Shown here: positions 27,006 through 39,717 of the stretch, one piece after another
Layout: every line of letters begins with the position of its first letter
Position numbering within the stretch: the first letter of the stretch is position 1
DNA from: Lama glama
Taxonomy: Eukaryota
Length of the DNA: 64,000 nucleotides
Assembly: GCA_028534125.1 (NCBI GenBank)
Contig: CM052818.1
Coordinates: 12,650,001-12,714,000 of the forward strand
Direction: 5' to 3'
The notes under the pieces: model-generated
The model's database searches: none
Seen by the model: only the letters and a program-made list of their open reading frames with translations
What the model was told of the DNA's origin: nothing
Position numbers and translations under genes: made by a program

Positions 27006-28754
27006 AGTGCTGAAAGGGAAGCCCTGGAAGAGAGGGCGGAGGAGCGACTGGAGAGAAAGCTAGAATGCCTGATGTTTAAATTGTAAGGCAGATCTCAGTG
27101 CTACTGCAGAACTTTAGGAGCCAGTGACAACGATGCTTAAACACAGAATGCACAATGAGTCATGTGTGTAATTTTAAAATGCACAACTAGAGGCATGTGA
27201 GATCGGGTATTGAAAAGGGATCCCTCAGCCAGTCTCATAGACCCTCAATCAGCTCAGTACAGACATCAGGGACATCTCTAACACCCCTACTGTATGTGAC
27301 TCCATAAACTGAAATTTTCTTTTTACATTTATGTCTTATATTTTATAGACTCTTAAAATATCAAATATATAATGAATCATTGGGAAATATTAAATTGTGA
27401 AACATTCAGCAATGATAATAGTAAGAAACTTCTGAAACAATGCAGAGAAAGTTGCTAGAGCCTCACAGTAGATATTAAAGCCAGTTAATTAAAACATACT
27501 AATGAAATTATAACTTTAAAATTTAAATAAAGGGACTAAGTGGAAAAGACAGCTAACAAAGAGAAGTATAACTGCATACAAATGTATCTAGGATAATACT
27601 CTTGCAGAGGAAAAAGGCATACAATTTAATATACATAAAAATCTGGAAATGTAACTCAGAGCTAAAATGGAGAACTTGTGCTAAAAAAGATCTAGGGAAA
27701 TGAGGAAATGAAGAGGTCATTACTGAAAAGTCTCAATTCTCATTGAATAGCTGAAGAGTAGAGTCAGAGGTATAGTTAGAAATTGTCAGTACCAATTAGC
27801 AACAAGTCACAGATTTTTAAGGTTAGAAGGCTACAGCTGTCTTAAAGGTACCCATGATTTATCACTTTTCAAAGAATTTTTAAATGATAGTGTAAGCATT
27901 TGTCTGAAGTTGATTAATTCATTTGTAATATCATCATTTTACATAGCAACCAGAAGACATTGTTTAAAAAATGATTTTAATTTCACCTTTCAATGAACCC
28001 TCTTTTGGAGAGGGATGGTCAGCAAAATACCTTAGTTGTTTTACCTCACCTCTCTCAGTCTGCTCTATCCTGAGCATCCCAGAAGGCTTCCAGTACAGAG
28101 CTTAAAATCCTCTGCCAATGCTTTTGTCATTGTTGTGCTGAAGGCAGGTTAGAAGAAGGTGAAAATGGAGATGGAGTAAATATTGTGACACTATCACAAT
28201 ATTAGATCCTGTCATTGTGAAATGCTTCATAGAAAGAAGGTGCTTAACATTTATTGAATGATGAAGTTTACCTTCTTTGTCAACAATTTTGGGGATGCTT
28301 CATCTATTACCTAATGTTTAAATAGGCATTTGATTCTTCACATGAAATTTAATGGCTCATGAAGGAGATCTCTCCTATTTATCTTATCTCACATTCTCAC
28401 ACCTACTCCAATAGCTCAGTCCCTCAACTGTTCTTGAATGACCACAGAAATAACCTTCTAACAATTTTCCCTGACACCAGCCACTAATGTCCTCAATATA
28501 TCCTCCACATGTCAAAACAGCTACATTTCAAAAAATGCTTAGCTGATACAAATAGCTTCCTTGCTATAAATAGCTGATGCTCATAAAACCATGTTTAAAT
28601 TCCTAACTATAACCTGACAAGGCCTTACAGCTAGCTCTAAATAAAGTTTTTTCAGCTACAAATTCATTCCATACATACATATTATGTTTCTTTGGAAAGC
28701 CATGACTAATACAATTGCTGAGAGAAGTTAAGTTGTAGGTTAAATGGACTAAAT

Positions 28755-29238
28755 TTAAATGGGTTGAACTGTGTCCCCCAAAAAGGTATGTTCAGGCCTA
28801 ACCCCTGATCTAAATTAGATCATATTCACTAGATGAATGTAATCTCATTTAAGGATAGGCTTTTTGCAGATGTAAATCAAGTTAAGATTAGGCCATACTG
28901 GATTAAGATGGTCCCTAAATCCAATGATTGAAGTCCTTATAATAAGAGGGGAATTTGGACACAGACTCACACAAGAAGAATGTCATGTGATGACAGAGGC
29001 AGAGTTTGGACACATGCAGTTTAAAAGCCAAAGAATACCAATGATTAGTGTCAACTGCCAGGAGTTAGGTGAGCAGCATGGAAGACTATCCCTCAGAGCC
29101 CCTGCAAAGGAAATGACCTTTCCAACACCTTGATTTCAGATTTTTAGCCACCAGAAGTCTGTGAGAATAAAATTTTCTTTTTTTTTTAAGTCACTCAGTT
29201 TGTGGTAGTTTTTTACAGCAGCCTAGGAAACCAATGCA
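28755..29238 (+). mobile_element. MaLR solo LTR MLT1C
   Basis: atgggttgaactgtgtccccc...ttttgcagatgtaa...gacagaggcagagtttgga...caacaccttgatttcaga...cagcagcctaggaaaccaatgca. Confidence 0.92.
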
Positions 29239-30569
29239 AGAGGTAGTGACTTTATACTTCCTGAGTTCTCTTGAAAAAAGCATTTGACTTTCAGGTTTTG
29301 AGAGATTAGTCCACTACACATTTAAGCACTGTGTTTTCCTTAGAATTAGGGTCAACAAGGAGTCAAAGAGACAACTAGAATCTTTTGAACACATACGCTG
29401 ATGAATTGAACCAAATGTTTATTCTAAAAATTTATCATCCTTTGTTGCCAAGAAAGAAAAGAGTAAAATATAAATAAAGTTTAATTCTTTTTTTTTATAT
29501 TTTTGATGGGATGCAAGATGGTGTCTATATCTACTACATCAAAATGGGTTTGTTTTATTGTGTGGTGATGAAGATTAAGCATTGAAGAAACTTACTCGGA
29601 GTAGTTGGCAAAAATCAACCCTACTTAACAATAAAATTCAATAATCAGGTTCCTCCTTTTCAGGGCATCCCTTATCAAACAGATTTTATTTATATTTTTA
29701 CATTTTGATCAAAGCTTCTAGGCTAACTAGGGAGATGATTTTTTTTTTTACCTGATTGTGCCTTAGCAGAAGAGAGCAAGTTTTCCCTTAAACATATTTA
29801 CTATGATCCATCTTAATGGCCTTGTCTCTCTGTCTCTCTGTCTGTTCAATAAGAAATTGAATTTATTTTGTTAAGCTTATTTCCACATTCCTTCAAGAAG
29901 TACACAAAATTGGAATAGATATTGGTGCAGTGATTTAGGTATAGGGTGAAAAAACCTGACTTTATTTAGGGACTGTGAACACACTGTATAGCTTTAGTTC
30001 TGTTTCTATACTACCAAGTTCCTTCCACGTTAGGACCTTGGCAGTAGTTACACCTGAAATGCTTTTTTTGCCCAGATGGTTGCATATCTGTTTTATCTCT
30101 GTCAACAAGTCTTAATTTGAACTTTACTTTTACTGCTGTAACTTTTCAACAGTTTTGCAGATTAATGATTATACCAAAATGGAAGTGAAAATTATATCTG
30201 ATAAATAATAATAATAAAGATATATCTCAATCTTTGTTGTATACAGTCAAAATTTACTCCAAATAAAGTCCACAGTCTTATAAATGCTTTCCTTATTAAA
30301 GGAAAAAAAAAGAAGACAATATTAGTCGTATATTCAAATCAATCAAATATAAGATGAACGAGAAAACACAGTCCAAAGAAACTTTAAAGCCAGAAAATAA
30401 GAATGATAGTTAATGTTATTCCAAGGACATAACTAGTAGGATATTTAAGTAAATTCTTCTGACTTGCATAGTAAGATCAGAGAATAAGAAAGAAAATGAA
30501 TGAAATAAAACAGAATCAGAATGCAAATGAGGTTTTAAAAAGAATGCAAATGAGGCTTTAAAATATTTT

Positions 30570-31575
30570 AATTAAAAACATTATTGAGGTATAGCTGACT
30601 TATAACATTAATTTCTGGTGTACAGCATAGTGATTCATTATTTTTATACATTATACTCCACTAAAAGTTATTACAAAATAATGGCTAATTGGCTAAAAGT
30701 TATTTCAAAAAATGGCTATAATTCCCTGTGCTATACAGTATATCCTTGTTGCTTATCTATTTTGCTTATCTATAGATGGTAGTTTGTAGTCTTAATCTCA
30801 TACCCCTATCTTGCCCCTCCATCCTTGCCTCTCCCCACTGGTAACCACTAGTTTGTTTTCTATATCTGTGAGTCTGTTTCTATTTTTCTATATACATTTG
30901 TTTTATTTTTCATATTCCACATAAAAGTGGTATCATACAGTATTTTTATTTCTCTGTCTTACTTAGTTCATCAAGCATTGTATTCTCTAGGTCCATACAC
31001 GTTGTTGCAAAGGGCAGAATTCCATTTTTTAATGACTGAGTAATATTCGCTCATTTTTATCCATGTCTGTTGATGGACACGTGGATTGTTTCTATATCTT
31101 GGCTATTGTAAGCAGTGCTGCTATGAACATTGGGGTGCATATATCTTTTTAAGTTAAAGTTTTCCTTTTTTCTAACTAGGAGTAGAATTCCTGAATCATA
31201 TGGTAGTTCTATTTTTTAGCTTTTTGAGGAACTGCCACAGTTCTCCACAGTGGCTGCACCAATTTACATTCCCACCAACATTGTAGAAAGGCTCCCTTCT
31301 CTCCACATCTTCACCAATATTTGTTATTGTAGACTTTTTGATAATAGCCATTCTGACAAGCGTGAGGTGACAGACTACTCAATGTGGTTTTGATTCCAAT
31401 TTCTCTGATTAGTGATGCTGAGCATCTTTTCATGTGCCTGTTGGCCATCTATATATCTTCTTTGGAAAAAAATGTCTATTCAGGTATTCTGCCCATTTTT
31501 TGACTGGGTTGTTTGTTTTTGGTATTGAGTTGTATTGAGATGTTTATAGTTTTAAATATTAGCAAATATTATCTA
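30570..31575 (-). mobile_element. L1 3' end (about 1 kb: 3'UTR + ORF2 C-terminus), L1MA9/artiodactyl-type
   Basis: ttattgaggtatagctgactt...ctggtaaccactagtttg...ctatgaacattggggtgcat...ggctgcaccaatttacattcccaccaac...gagcatcttttcatgtgcctgttggccatc. Confidence 0.93.
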
Positions 31576-32345
31576 CATTTTGCATGTATATTATATTATA
31601 AAGATACATACATTATATTTCCCATTTGCCAAGATGATGGAGCTATTCAAGACTGTGCTGGTATACACCTGTGTTATAGTATCACCTATAGGTGTAACTC
31701 AGAGTTAGTTTACTCCCAAAGTATAATCCCTGCATCTACTATAGTGCCTGAAAAAAAACGCCCATTAACTACTTATTTTCACTGAGGTGCTACAAGTCTC
31801 TGTTAAATATAACCAAAATTCTTCTTCCTTGTCTTTTGTTTGGCTTTGGCACTTTCTTTCTGTAACAGTTATAGAAAGTCATAGGAAGTTTTTCCTATCA
31901 ACTTCTTTAAATTCTCTCTCTCTGGGCCTCTGACTTCTCAACCAGATTTGGATTCATTATTTTTGGTGTTTTAAGTTCTTAAAAGATCTCCTTTCTCTCT
32001 TTACTCAGGAACTGCCCATAGAAAAAGCTGCTGCTTCTAGTCTGTAATAACTTCCCACCAATTAACGACTATGAAGCTAATTTCTGCTTCCAAGAATTTT
32101 CCCAGGAAGATTCTATATGCTATAATTCTCTAAATCATTTATTTATATTAATGTGAGGATTCAAACAGAATCAGGACTCAGGGAAAGCCTCCTCGGGGCC
32201 CCATTCCATCATGCACTAAGCTCCTCACTTATCCTATCTGCAGACAACCCAGTACTCTAAACTAGCCGACAGAGTCAATGCTCTGAAACTCGTCTCTTTG
32301 AATGCATAAGGGATTTTCATCAACCCAGCAGCAAATTTTACTGAT

Positions 32346-32946
32346 TGTATTAGTTGTCTACTGTTGCATAACAAATTACCACAAACTCAGCAGCTTATGA
32401 CAACACCTATTTATTATCTCATTGTTTCAATAGGTTAGAATTCCAAGCTATGTATGACTGGGTTCTCTGCTTAGGGTATGACAAATTGACATTCAGGTTT
32501 CAGCTGCTCTGAGTTCTCATCCTGAGGCATTGGAAAAATGTCATGTTCATTCCTCAGGTTATTAACAGAGTCATTACTTTATGGTCATAGGATTGGAGTC
32601 TTCATTTTCTTGCTAGTTGTCACCTAGGGACATCCCTTGCCTCCGAGGCTGCTCTCAGGTCTTTGCCCTGTGGCCGCCCCCTCCATCAGAGCAGTGGAAA
32701 CCCTTCCTCTCTTATTTTTTGAATCTATCTAATTTTGATAAACAACCAACGAAAACCTCCTTTTTAAGGGCTTGGGTGATTAGGTTAGGCTGGCCTGGAT
32801 AAGCTCCCTTCTGATTAACTCAAAGTCAACTGATTAAACTTTAATTACATCTGCAAGATCCTTTTGCCCTGTAATATAACCTAATCAGGGGCTTAACTTG
32901 AAGGAACAAAAATCATGGGGATCAGCTTAGAATTCTGCCTATCACA
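32346..32946 (-). mobile_element. MaLR solo LTR, MLT1E-like, near full length
   Basis: tgtattagttgtctactgttgcataacaaattaccacaaac...aagtcaactgatt...ttaattacatctgcaa...ttagaattctgcctatcaca. Confidence 0.9.
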
Positions 32947-34249
32947 ATAATAAAATAATTACTGTAATTTTAACTAAGTAGAAATCATTAAAATTTTGTT
33001 GTTGACATACATATTGACAGAAAATAGACTTCACTAACTGAAGACCAAAAGATTTAAAAGAATCAAAGCATAATGTGCACAATGAATTATGAATTTTAAA
33101 AATTTCCACAGCAGTGATAACAATATCAAAGAGTGACAGAAATTTATACCTCAGTCTATTATCTCATAGGTTTTAGAAATATTAACATTTATATATTCTT
33201 AATTATTTACATAATATATCAGGACTCGATTTAAGTCAGTCTGAAATATAACTTCATTATTCTAAATTCTGTGGTAGCTGAATTTTCTAGCGTAACTTAT
33301 TTGTAAACATAGCTATTTACTTCTAATTCAATAACATGCTCTGTGACTTTAATACTATCTGCTTGTTCATGTCAGTTTTCTCTACAAATTGCACCAATTG
33401 TAAAATAAAAGCATATTTTACCTTAACGTGACAAGATATTTTAATATATTTGTTCTGTGGAAATGAAGATACTGCATTAAATTCTTGATTATGTAAAAAT
33501 TTTCACCTGACCTTATTTCATACCAGAACAAGTTACTACTACTTTACCAGAATGCACATTTTATTGAATGCATAGTCATCTCACAAAAGATGATGTATTC
33601 TATATCTAGACTTGCAAGGAAAAATATAATTGACATTAAGCTTGCTTTCAATGAATTAATTATTCCTTTCATATTTATATGCAATCTCAAAGTTAAAATT
33701 ACAACTCAAATTTGTATTAACCATGCCTAATAAAACTGTCCACTGTGAAAGTAGGTATGTAATTTCTGTGACTATAAAATGAATTCTTAAGCCAGTGAAA
33801 TATAATACAGTAAAAAAAGAAATTTAATGTTAAGTGCCAAAATATTAAAGTAAAAAACAAAAGAAAAAAAAAGAAACAATAAATAGATATACTGGTTTTT
33901 ATAGTCCCAAAACAATGCATTTTCACATCCTTAATACAGTTACATATTCTAATTTCTTTCATTTGATATTTATTCTTTCTTTATATACTGTATATTTTAT
34001 CTGGATCTGTGGATTAGAACTAAAACAAATGAGCCTTTCATTCTGCTTCTGTCAATAGCTAGAGCAGAATCTTGGACTGGTCATTTCATCTATGTACCAC
34101 GGATGTCTGACTGTCTTCAGCTGCAACATGATGGAAATTTACTACATGATTTCAACCTCAAATCTTTATGGAGGGGGATAATGTCATTGAGAGTCTTAGG
34201 TTGTCTATACAAATGTTCATACATAACAAATTGAAACTGAAAAAAATTA

Positions 34250-34452
34250 CAGCTGACTTTTGAACAACACAGGAGTTAGGGGCACTGACCCCTGCACAGT
34301 TGAAAATCCATATATAGCTTTACAGTTGGCCCTCTATATTTGTGGTTTCATGTTCACAGATTCCGCCAACCATGAATTCTGTAGTATTGTAGTACATGTT
34401 TATTGAAAACAATCCTCATATAAGTGGACCCACGTTGTTCAAAGACCAACTG
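34250..34452 (+). mobile_element. Tigger2a-type (Tigger2a_Art-like) MITE
   Basis: Inverted termini cagctgacttttgaacaac ... gttgttcaaagaccaactg; TA at 34248-34249 and 34453-34454; homologous to the copy at 1153. Confidence 0.9.
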
Positions 34453-34454
34453 TA

Positions 34455-34626
34455 GTCGTTGTTAATGAGTCCATATCCACTAATTATAGTTTCTATTTTT
34501 GCAGTGATGAAATTGTTCTAAAAGTAGATGCAGTGATAGTTGCACAACTCTGTAAATATACTAAGCCTACTGAATTATATGCTTTAAATGGAATGTGAAC
34601 TACATTTCAATAAATTTGTTAAAAAA
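34455..34626 (+). mobile_element. Old L1 (L1MB/L1ME) 3' terminus
   Basis: gtgatgaaattgttctaaaagtagat...ttgcacaactctgtaaatatactaa...catttcaataaatttgttaaaaaa. Confidence 0.8.
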
Positions 34627-34944
34627 GCAGTCATACATAAAAACAAAAATTGACTGAATAGACAAAAAGAAACTATAGGAGATCCATACCATGACTGAAG
34701 TTATGAGCATGATCTATAATGACAGAATGGAAAACTTAATAGGAACCTGAAAACTACAACAGGAATGTAATGGAAAACTTATCTAAAACTTAATTAGATA
34801 GGTTTAAATAAGGATTAGACATAGCTCAAGAAAGAATAAATGAACTAGACAATCTGTAGGACAAAAAATATTCAGATTGAAATTTTCAGAGAAAAAAAAG
34901 GATGGGAAATACAGAAAACAGAATAAGAGACACAAGGGAAGAGG

Positions 34945-35444
34945 NNNNNNNNNNNNNNNNNNNNNNNNNNNNNNNNNNNNNNNNNNNNNNNNNNNNNNNN
35001 NNNNNNNNNNNNNNNNNNNNNNNNNNNNNNNNNNNNNNNNNNNNNNNNNNNNNNNNNNNNNNNNNNNNNNNNNNNNNNNNNNNNNNNNNNNNNNNNNNNN
35101 NNNNNNNNNNNNNNNNNNNNNNNNNNNNNNNNNNNNNNNNNNNNNNNNNNNNNNNNNNNNNNNNNNNNNNNNNNNNNNNNNNNNNNNNNNNNNNNNNNNN
35201 NNNNNNNNNNNNNNNNNNNNNNNNNNNNNNNNNNNNNNNNNNNNNNNNNNNNNNNNNNNNNNNNNNNNNNNNNNNNNNNNNNNNNNNNNNNNNNNNNNNN
35301 NNNNNNNNNNNNNNNNNNNNNNNNNNNNNNNNNNNNNNNNNNNNNNNNNNNNNNNNNNNNNNNNNNNNNNNNNNNNNNNNNNNNNNNNNNNNNNNNNNNN
35401 NNNNNNNNNNNNNNNNNNNNNNNNNNNNNNNNNNNNNNNNNNNN
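34945..35444. other. Assembly gap (500 N)
   Basis: Run of N; the four long ORFs here are artefacts of it. Confidence 1.
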
Positions 35445-36457
35445 AAAAAAAAAAAAAGAATAAGAGACACAAGAGACACCATGAAAAGGTGTCAAGAAGG
35501 AGAGAAAGTAGAGGGCCAGAACCATAATAAAACACATAATGACTATTTTTGAAATTCAACAAAAATAACAAGCATATATGCAAGAAGTACTATGAAGACA
35601 AAGATAGAGAAAATAAATAAATCAAACCAATCACATCATAGAAAGTGATGAAAAATAAAGAAAAAAATTAAGACACTAGGAAAATAAAGATGAATTACCT
35701 TCAAGATAGCAACAGTAAGTCTAAGAATTTACATGTTAATATAAAATATGGAAGCCAAAATAAAATGAAATAACATCACAAAAGCGCAAAAAGAAATTAA
35801 CAACAAAGATGCTATATTCATGGAAAATGTTATTAAAATTTTAAAAATTCCAAAACAACAAAAATGAGCTAATTAATAACTACCAAACTGTCATTGAAAA
35901 GAAATACTTTAGAAAAAATTATCCCAGAAAAAAAAATTGGAGATGCAAAAGGGATGATCAGCAACATAAACTCAAATATGTGGTTGTATTGAAATAATAA
36001 TAAAACTAATAATCTGTATGCTGGTTACAATATAAAAGAAATTAAAATATGATAATAGCACAAAATATTAGAATATTAAACGGTGCTGCAATTTTTAAAG
36101 ATCTTTCTTTACATTGTCTAGAATGTGGTAAAATCCTAAATTATATTATACTTGAATAAAGCAAAGATAAACACTCAATATCTAGAACAATCTCTGAAAG
36201 AATATTGGTAGAATGATTTACTAATAAATTAACTGGGGTGGAAATGCAATGATAAATAGTAATTAATACTTTAAAAGAGAGAAGGTAATGGAAGAAACAC
36301 AAAATAAATAAAAGATAAAAACCAATATTAAAACAAAATAGATTTAAATAAAAATGAATCATGTAATACAAAATAATTAAATATTAAGCCAATTAAAGAC
36401 TGTCAAGTAGGGAATCCAGTAGAAATCCAACAGCATGTTGCTTAAAAATGATGCACC

Positions 36458-36579
36458 CTATGAAAAGGAATATGAAAAAGAATATATATATTATATATGT
36501 ATAACTGAATCACTATGCTGTACACCAGAAACTAATACAATGTTGTAAATCAACTATACTTCCATGAAAAAATGAGGGA
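36458..36579 (+). mobile_element. Short 5'-truncated artiodactyl-type L1 3' end nested in the older L1
   Basis: tataactgaatcactatgctgtacaccagaaactaatacaatgttgtaaatcaactatacttc; TSD aaaaatgatgcacc (36444-36457) / aaaaatgatacacc (36580-36593). Confidence 0.9.
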
Positions 36580-38599
36580 AAAAATGATACACCTTGACTA
36601 GATGGGTACAGAAAAGTTGACAGTAAGAGACATGAAACTCTAATCAAAAGAAGTGTAGCTTCACTAATAGGAGATAAGCAGACAAAGAGTGACATGTTGA
36701 AATTATAAATGTCAATACACTGGGATGTTACAACATTCTAATTTTATAATAATGCACTCATCACAACTTAATAAAAAAGCATTAAAGGAATATAATATTT
36801 TTAAAAACAGAAGTAAAAACATTTAAACTATTTGACATATATGTAATAACTCTGTAACCATAACTACAATATATATATATTCTCTGAAACTACAAAAGAA
36901 AAATTTATAAAATTGATTATATCCTCAAACATAGCATAAATTTAAATAATTTTTAAGAATTAGATTGTAAATATGTTCTCAAACCACAGATGAATTGAGC
37001 TAGACATCAGTAGTACAGATATAACTTTCTTTCCAAAATTAATAAATATATTTTCAAATAACATGGTTTAAAATAATTTTAATAAAAAATTAAAATATCT
37101 TAATGACCGATAATGAAAGTAAAATGTATACATGTGTGGCATTCAGCCACAAACATACTTAGAGGGAAACTGATAGCATTAAGCACACATATTAGAAAGA
37201 AAAAAATCTGAAAATCAGATTTTAATAACCATCTCAAGAAGTTAGTCAAAGAAAAGCAATTAAACTCAGATGAAATAGAAGAAAATAATATATATAAACA
37301 AGCATACATTGAAAGAACCAACAAAGTCAGAATGGTGTGAATAAATTACTCATCTGCTCTGTGTAAATAAGATTCAAGTACTTGCTTGTCCCTTCCACAT
37401 TGTGTATATCAGAATGTGATAGCAGACAGTCCTGTGTTGTTCATACTCAGTGGGGAGTAAAAGGGTCTTTCTTTTAAGAGATGGGAAGTGGTATCAGCTT
37501 TTTCAGTATCTTTAAAACCACATTACCGATTTCCACTGTGTAACTGGAGGCTCCGATTTTAATCATAAAGTTATATCATATCATATTGCTCAAATAAGTA
37601 AATATAGACTAAATTCAGTGCTACAGTGTCTTTTGTGTGTGGAATTACATTAAACTAATTGAAAGAAATAAATTTGGCTATCAAGTGTGATTTGTGTGAG
37701 AACAGAGAGCTTTAGAGTCCTCAATGTGTCATTTTTCTTGTATTTCTTCCTTATGTTCATTTTAATAGCAGTTGCTCTTATAGCATGTGCTTTAATACCA
37801 TTCTGACAAGGAGTTTATGTGCAGTAAGGTTTTAAGTGTCATATTGCCTGAAAAATTAAACAAATATTTCTGCATGTTATTGAGCAGATAAAACTAATTT
37901 TTAAAGGTCTTTAAAAAATGATAATAAGCAAAAGTAAATTACTCTTTCATAAACACTGGTAATTTTGTAGGCTGGAATTTTTTTTTCAACATAAACACAT
38001 TTATCAGTAACCAACGCATGCACTAAACTGCACTAAAATAGACTAATGATGACATTGAGGACATTCATATGTGAAACATACATACATACACACATACATA
38101 CATACATACTATATATATATATTCAGATTAAAATCTGGTAATTAGAGCATAAGATAGTGGTACGAGCATGCTCTGGAAGCTTTTTTTTCCCCCAATGACC
38201 ACTAAAGAATCAAATGAGGGAAACTCAGCCCTATTCTCTGTGATGAGGGGAAGCTAGCATTCCCAAACTCGGTCTCATAGAAATTTAAGAACAGAAAGCC
38301 TCTAGGCTTTTTACATGCTATGTTGGATCTCATCACAAAATGCCAAATTTCACAAGATTGCTATAGATTCTTACATAAATTGTTCTTTTTTGCCTTTTAA
38401 ATTTTTTAAGTTCAGAGATACCCTCCCCCCATTAAGTTAGGCACTCACAGAATTCTATTTCATTACCTATTGTATTTTCATCCTTAGCTCTTAGAAGAAC
38501 ATTCATGTATAAAAATTGCTTTCAGAATGGTTGAATAAAACCAAAACCATATTCTCCTTGTGACTTAAGTAAAGTGACCCAGTTTTTCAGAGTTTCTGA

Positions 38600-39075
38600 A
38601 GATAAAAATGTTTTTGAAAAATAAAGCAAAATGATTACATGAATTAAAGAAGAGGAGTTCTTCACTAGTGACCAGGAAGATCAAGAAGAAGAAGTATTTC
38701 AAAGTAAAGCAATGAAAGGAAAATCATGAAGGAAATACTGAGACACAAAGTAATAGGCCCCAATGTATAAAATCAGAATAAACAGGAACAGATGAAGAAA
38801 AGCCAATGCTTAGAAATGATACAGAAGAAAATTTCCCTTATCTGAAGAAAAGCTTGAGCTTGCACACTAAAGGGTTTATTGAGCTCTAGGCTGGATAATT
38901 ACAAACTCTTCCAAAAAGCAGAAGTGGAGGGGACACATCACAACTCATTCTATAATGCCAGTATCAGCCTGATACAAAACTTAGACAAAGATATCACAAG
39001 AAAACTGTAGACCAGTATCTCTAAAAACAAACAATTATAGCAAACCAAAGCTGGCAACATGAAAAATAAAAAATA
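38600..39075 (+). mobile_element. L1 ORF1/ORF2 fragments
   Basis: caaactcttccaaaaagcagaagtggagggg...caactcattctataatgccagtatcagcctgatacaaaac. Confidence 0.7.
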
Positions 39076-39079
39076 ATTA

Positions 39080-39700
39080 GAGTGGAGGTCAGCTAAAATG
39101 GTGACACAGGAGGCTCTTGAGCTCCCCTGCTCCCACAGACACATGGACTATGCAGCTATTCAAGGAGTAATTCCCTCTAAAAGACATTCAGAAACTAGCT
39201 GAGGGGCTCCCATGTACTGGTTTGTTAAATTAATTAACAAAGAGACCCTCAGACTGAGGTGACTGTCATATCTTAGCATGCAGGTAATACTGGCATTTCA
39301 GAATGAGTTGTGATGTGTCCCCTACTTAAGCTCCACAAAGCCTAAGCCTGTAAATGTCTCAAGGTTAAGAAATCAAAACTTAAGGACAAGCAATGACAAA
39401 CAGCCAACTAGGCTTTCCCAGAGAAGGCGACCATTTAAACTATAGCCAGTCAATTTCCTTGTTTTTTTCTGAGTTTTCTCTATAAAAATTCTTGCCATTA
39501 TCTCGTCAGTGGAGCACTCTTAACGAATTTCCATTTAGTACTAATTTGAATCAATGTTTGCTCAAATTATGTTAAAATTCTGAAGATGCTTTTGACAGAG
39601 TGAATGAGCAAATGCCCACATTGAAACAGGTAGAAAAGCCACGCTCTTGCCATAAACGCCACTGCCAGTTTAGTGCCATTCAATTGATTGAGAGGGAACT
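39080..39700 (+). mobile_element. L1 5'UTR (L1MA9/L1M2-3-type) split by an ERV LTR
   Basis: aaaatggtgacacaggaggctcttgagctcccctgctcccacagacac...gaaactagctgag; resumes after the LTR with gagtgaatgagcaaatgcccacattgaaacaggtag...gccataaac. Confidence 0.7.
39223..39597 (+). mobile_element. ERV1-class solo LTR (375 bp, TG...CA)
   Basis: Starts tgttaaa, ends tttgaca; contains cagccaactagg, tatagccagtca, TATA-like ctataaaa and tgctcaaattatgttaaaatt U5-like end. Confidence 0.75.
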
Positions 39701-39717
39701 CAACTTCATCCTCAGGA

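Larger units (their letters stand above)
34640..37325 (+). mobile_element. Highly decayed old L1 (ORF1 to ORF2 endonuclease region), spanning the gap
   Basis: A-rich L1 signatures: gattagacatagctcaagaaagaataaatgaactaga; ccaacagcatgttgctta; acttagagggaaactgatagcattaagcacacatattagaaaga. Confidence 0.75.

Noticed and set aside
28806..28822. Hairpin tgatctaa-a-ttagatca inside MLT1C
   Set aside because: Short and AT-rich; likely a small local insertion with no sign of function
34804..35583. Long ORFs of 198-259 aa
   Set aside because: They read through the 500-N gap and are artefacts
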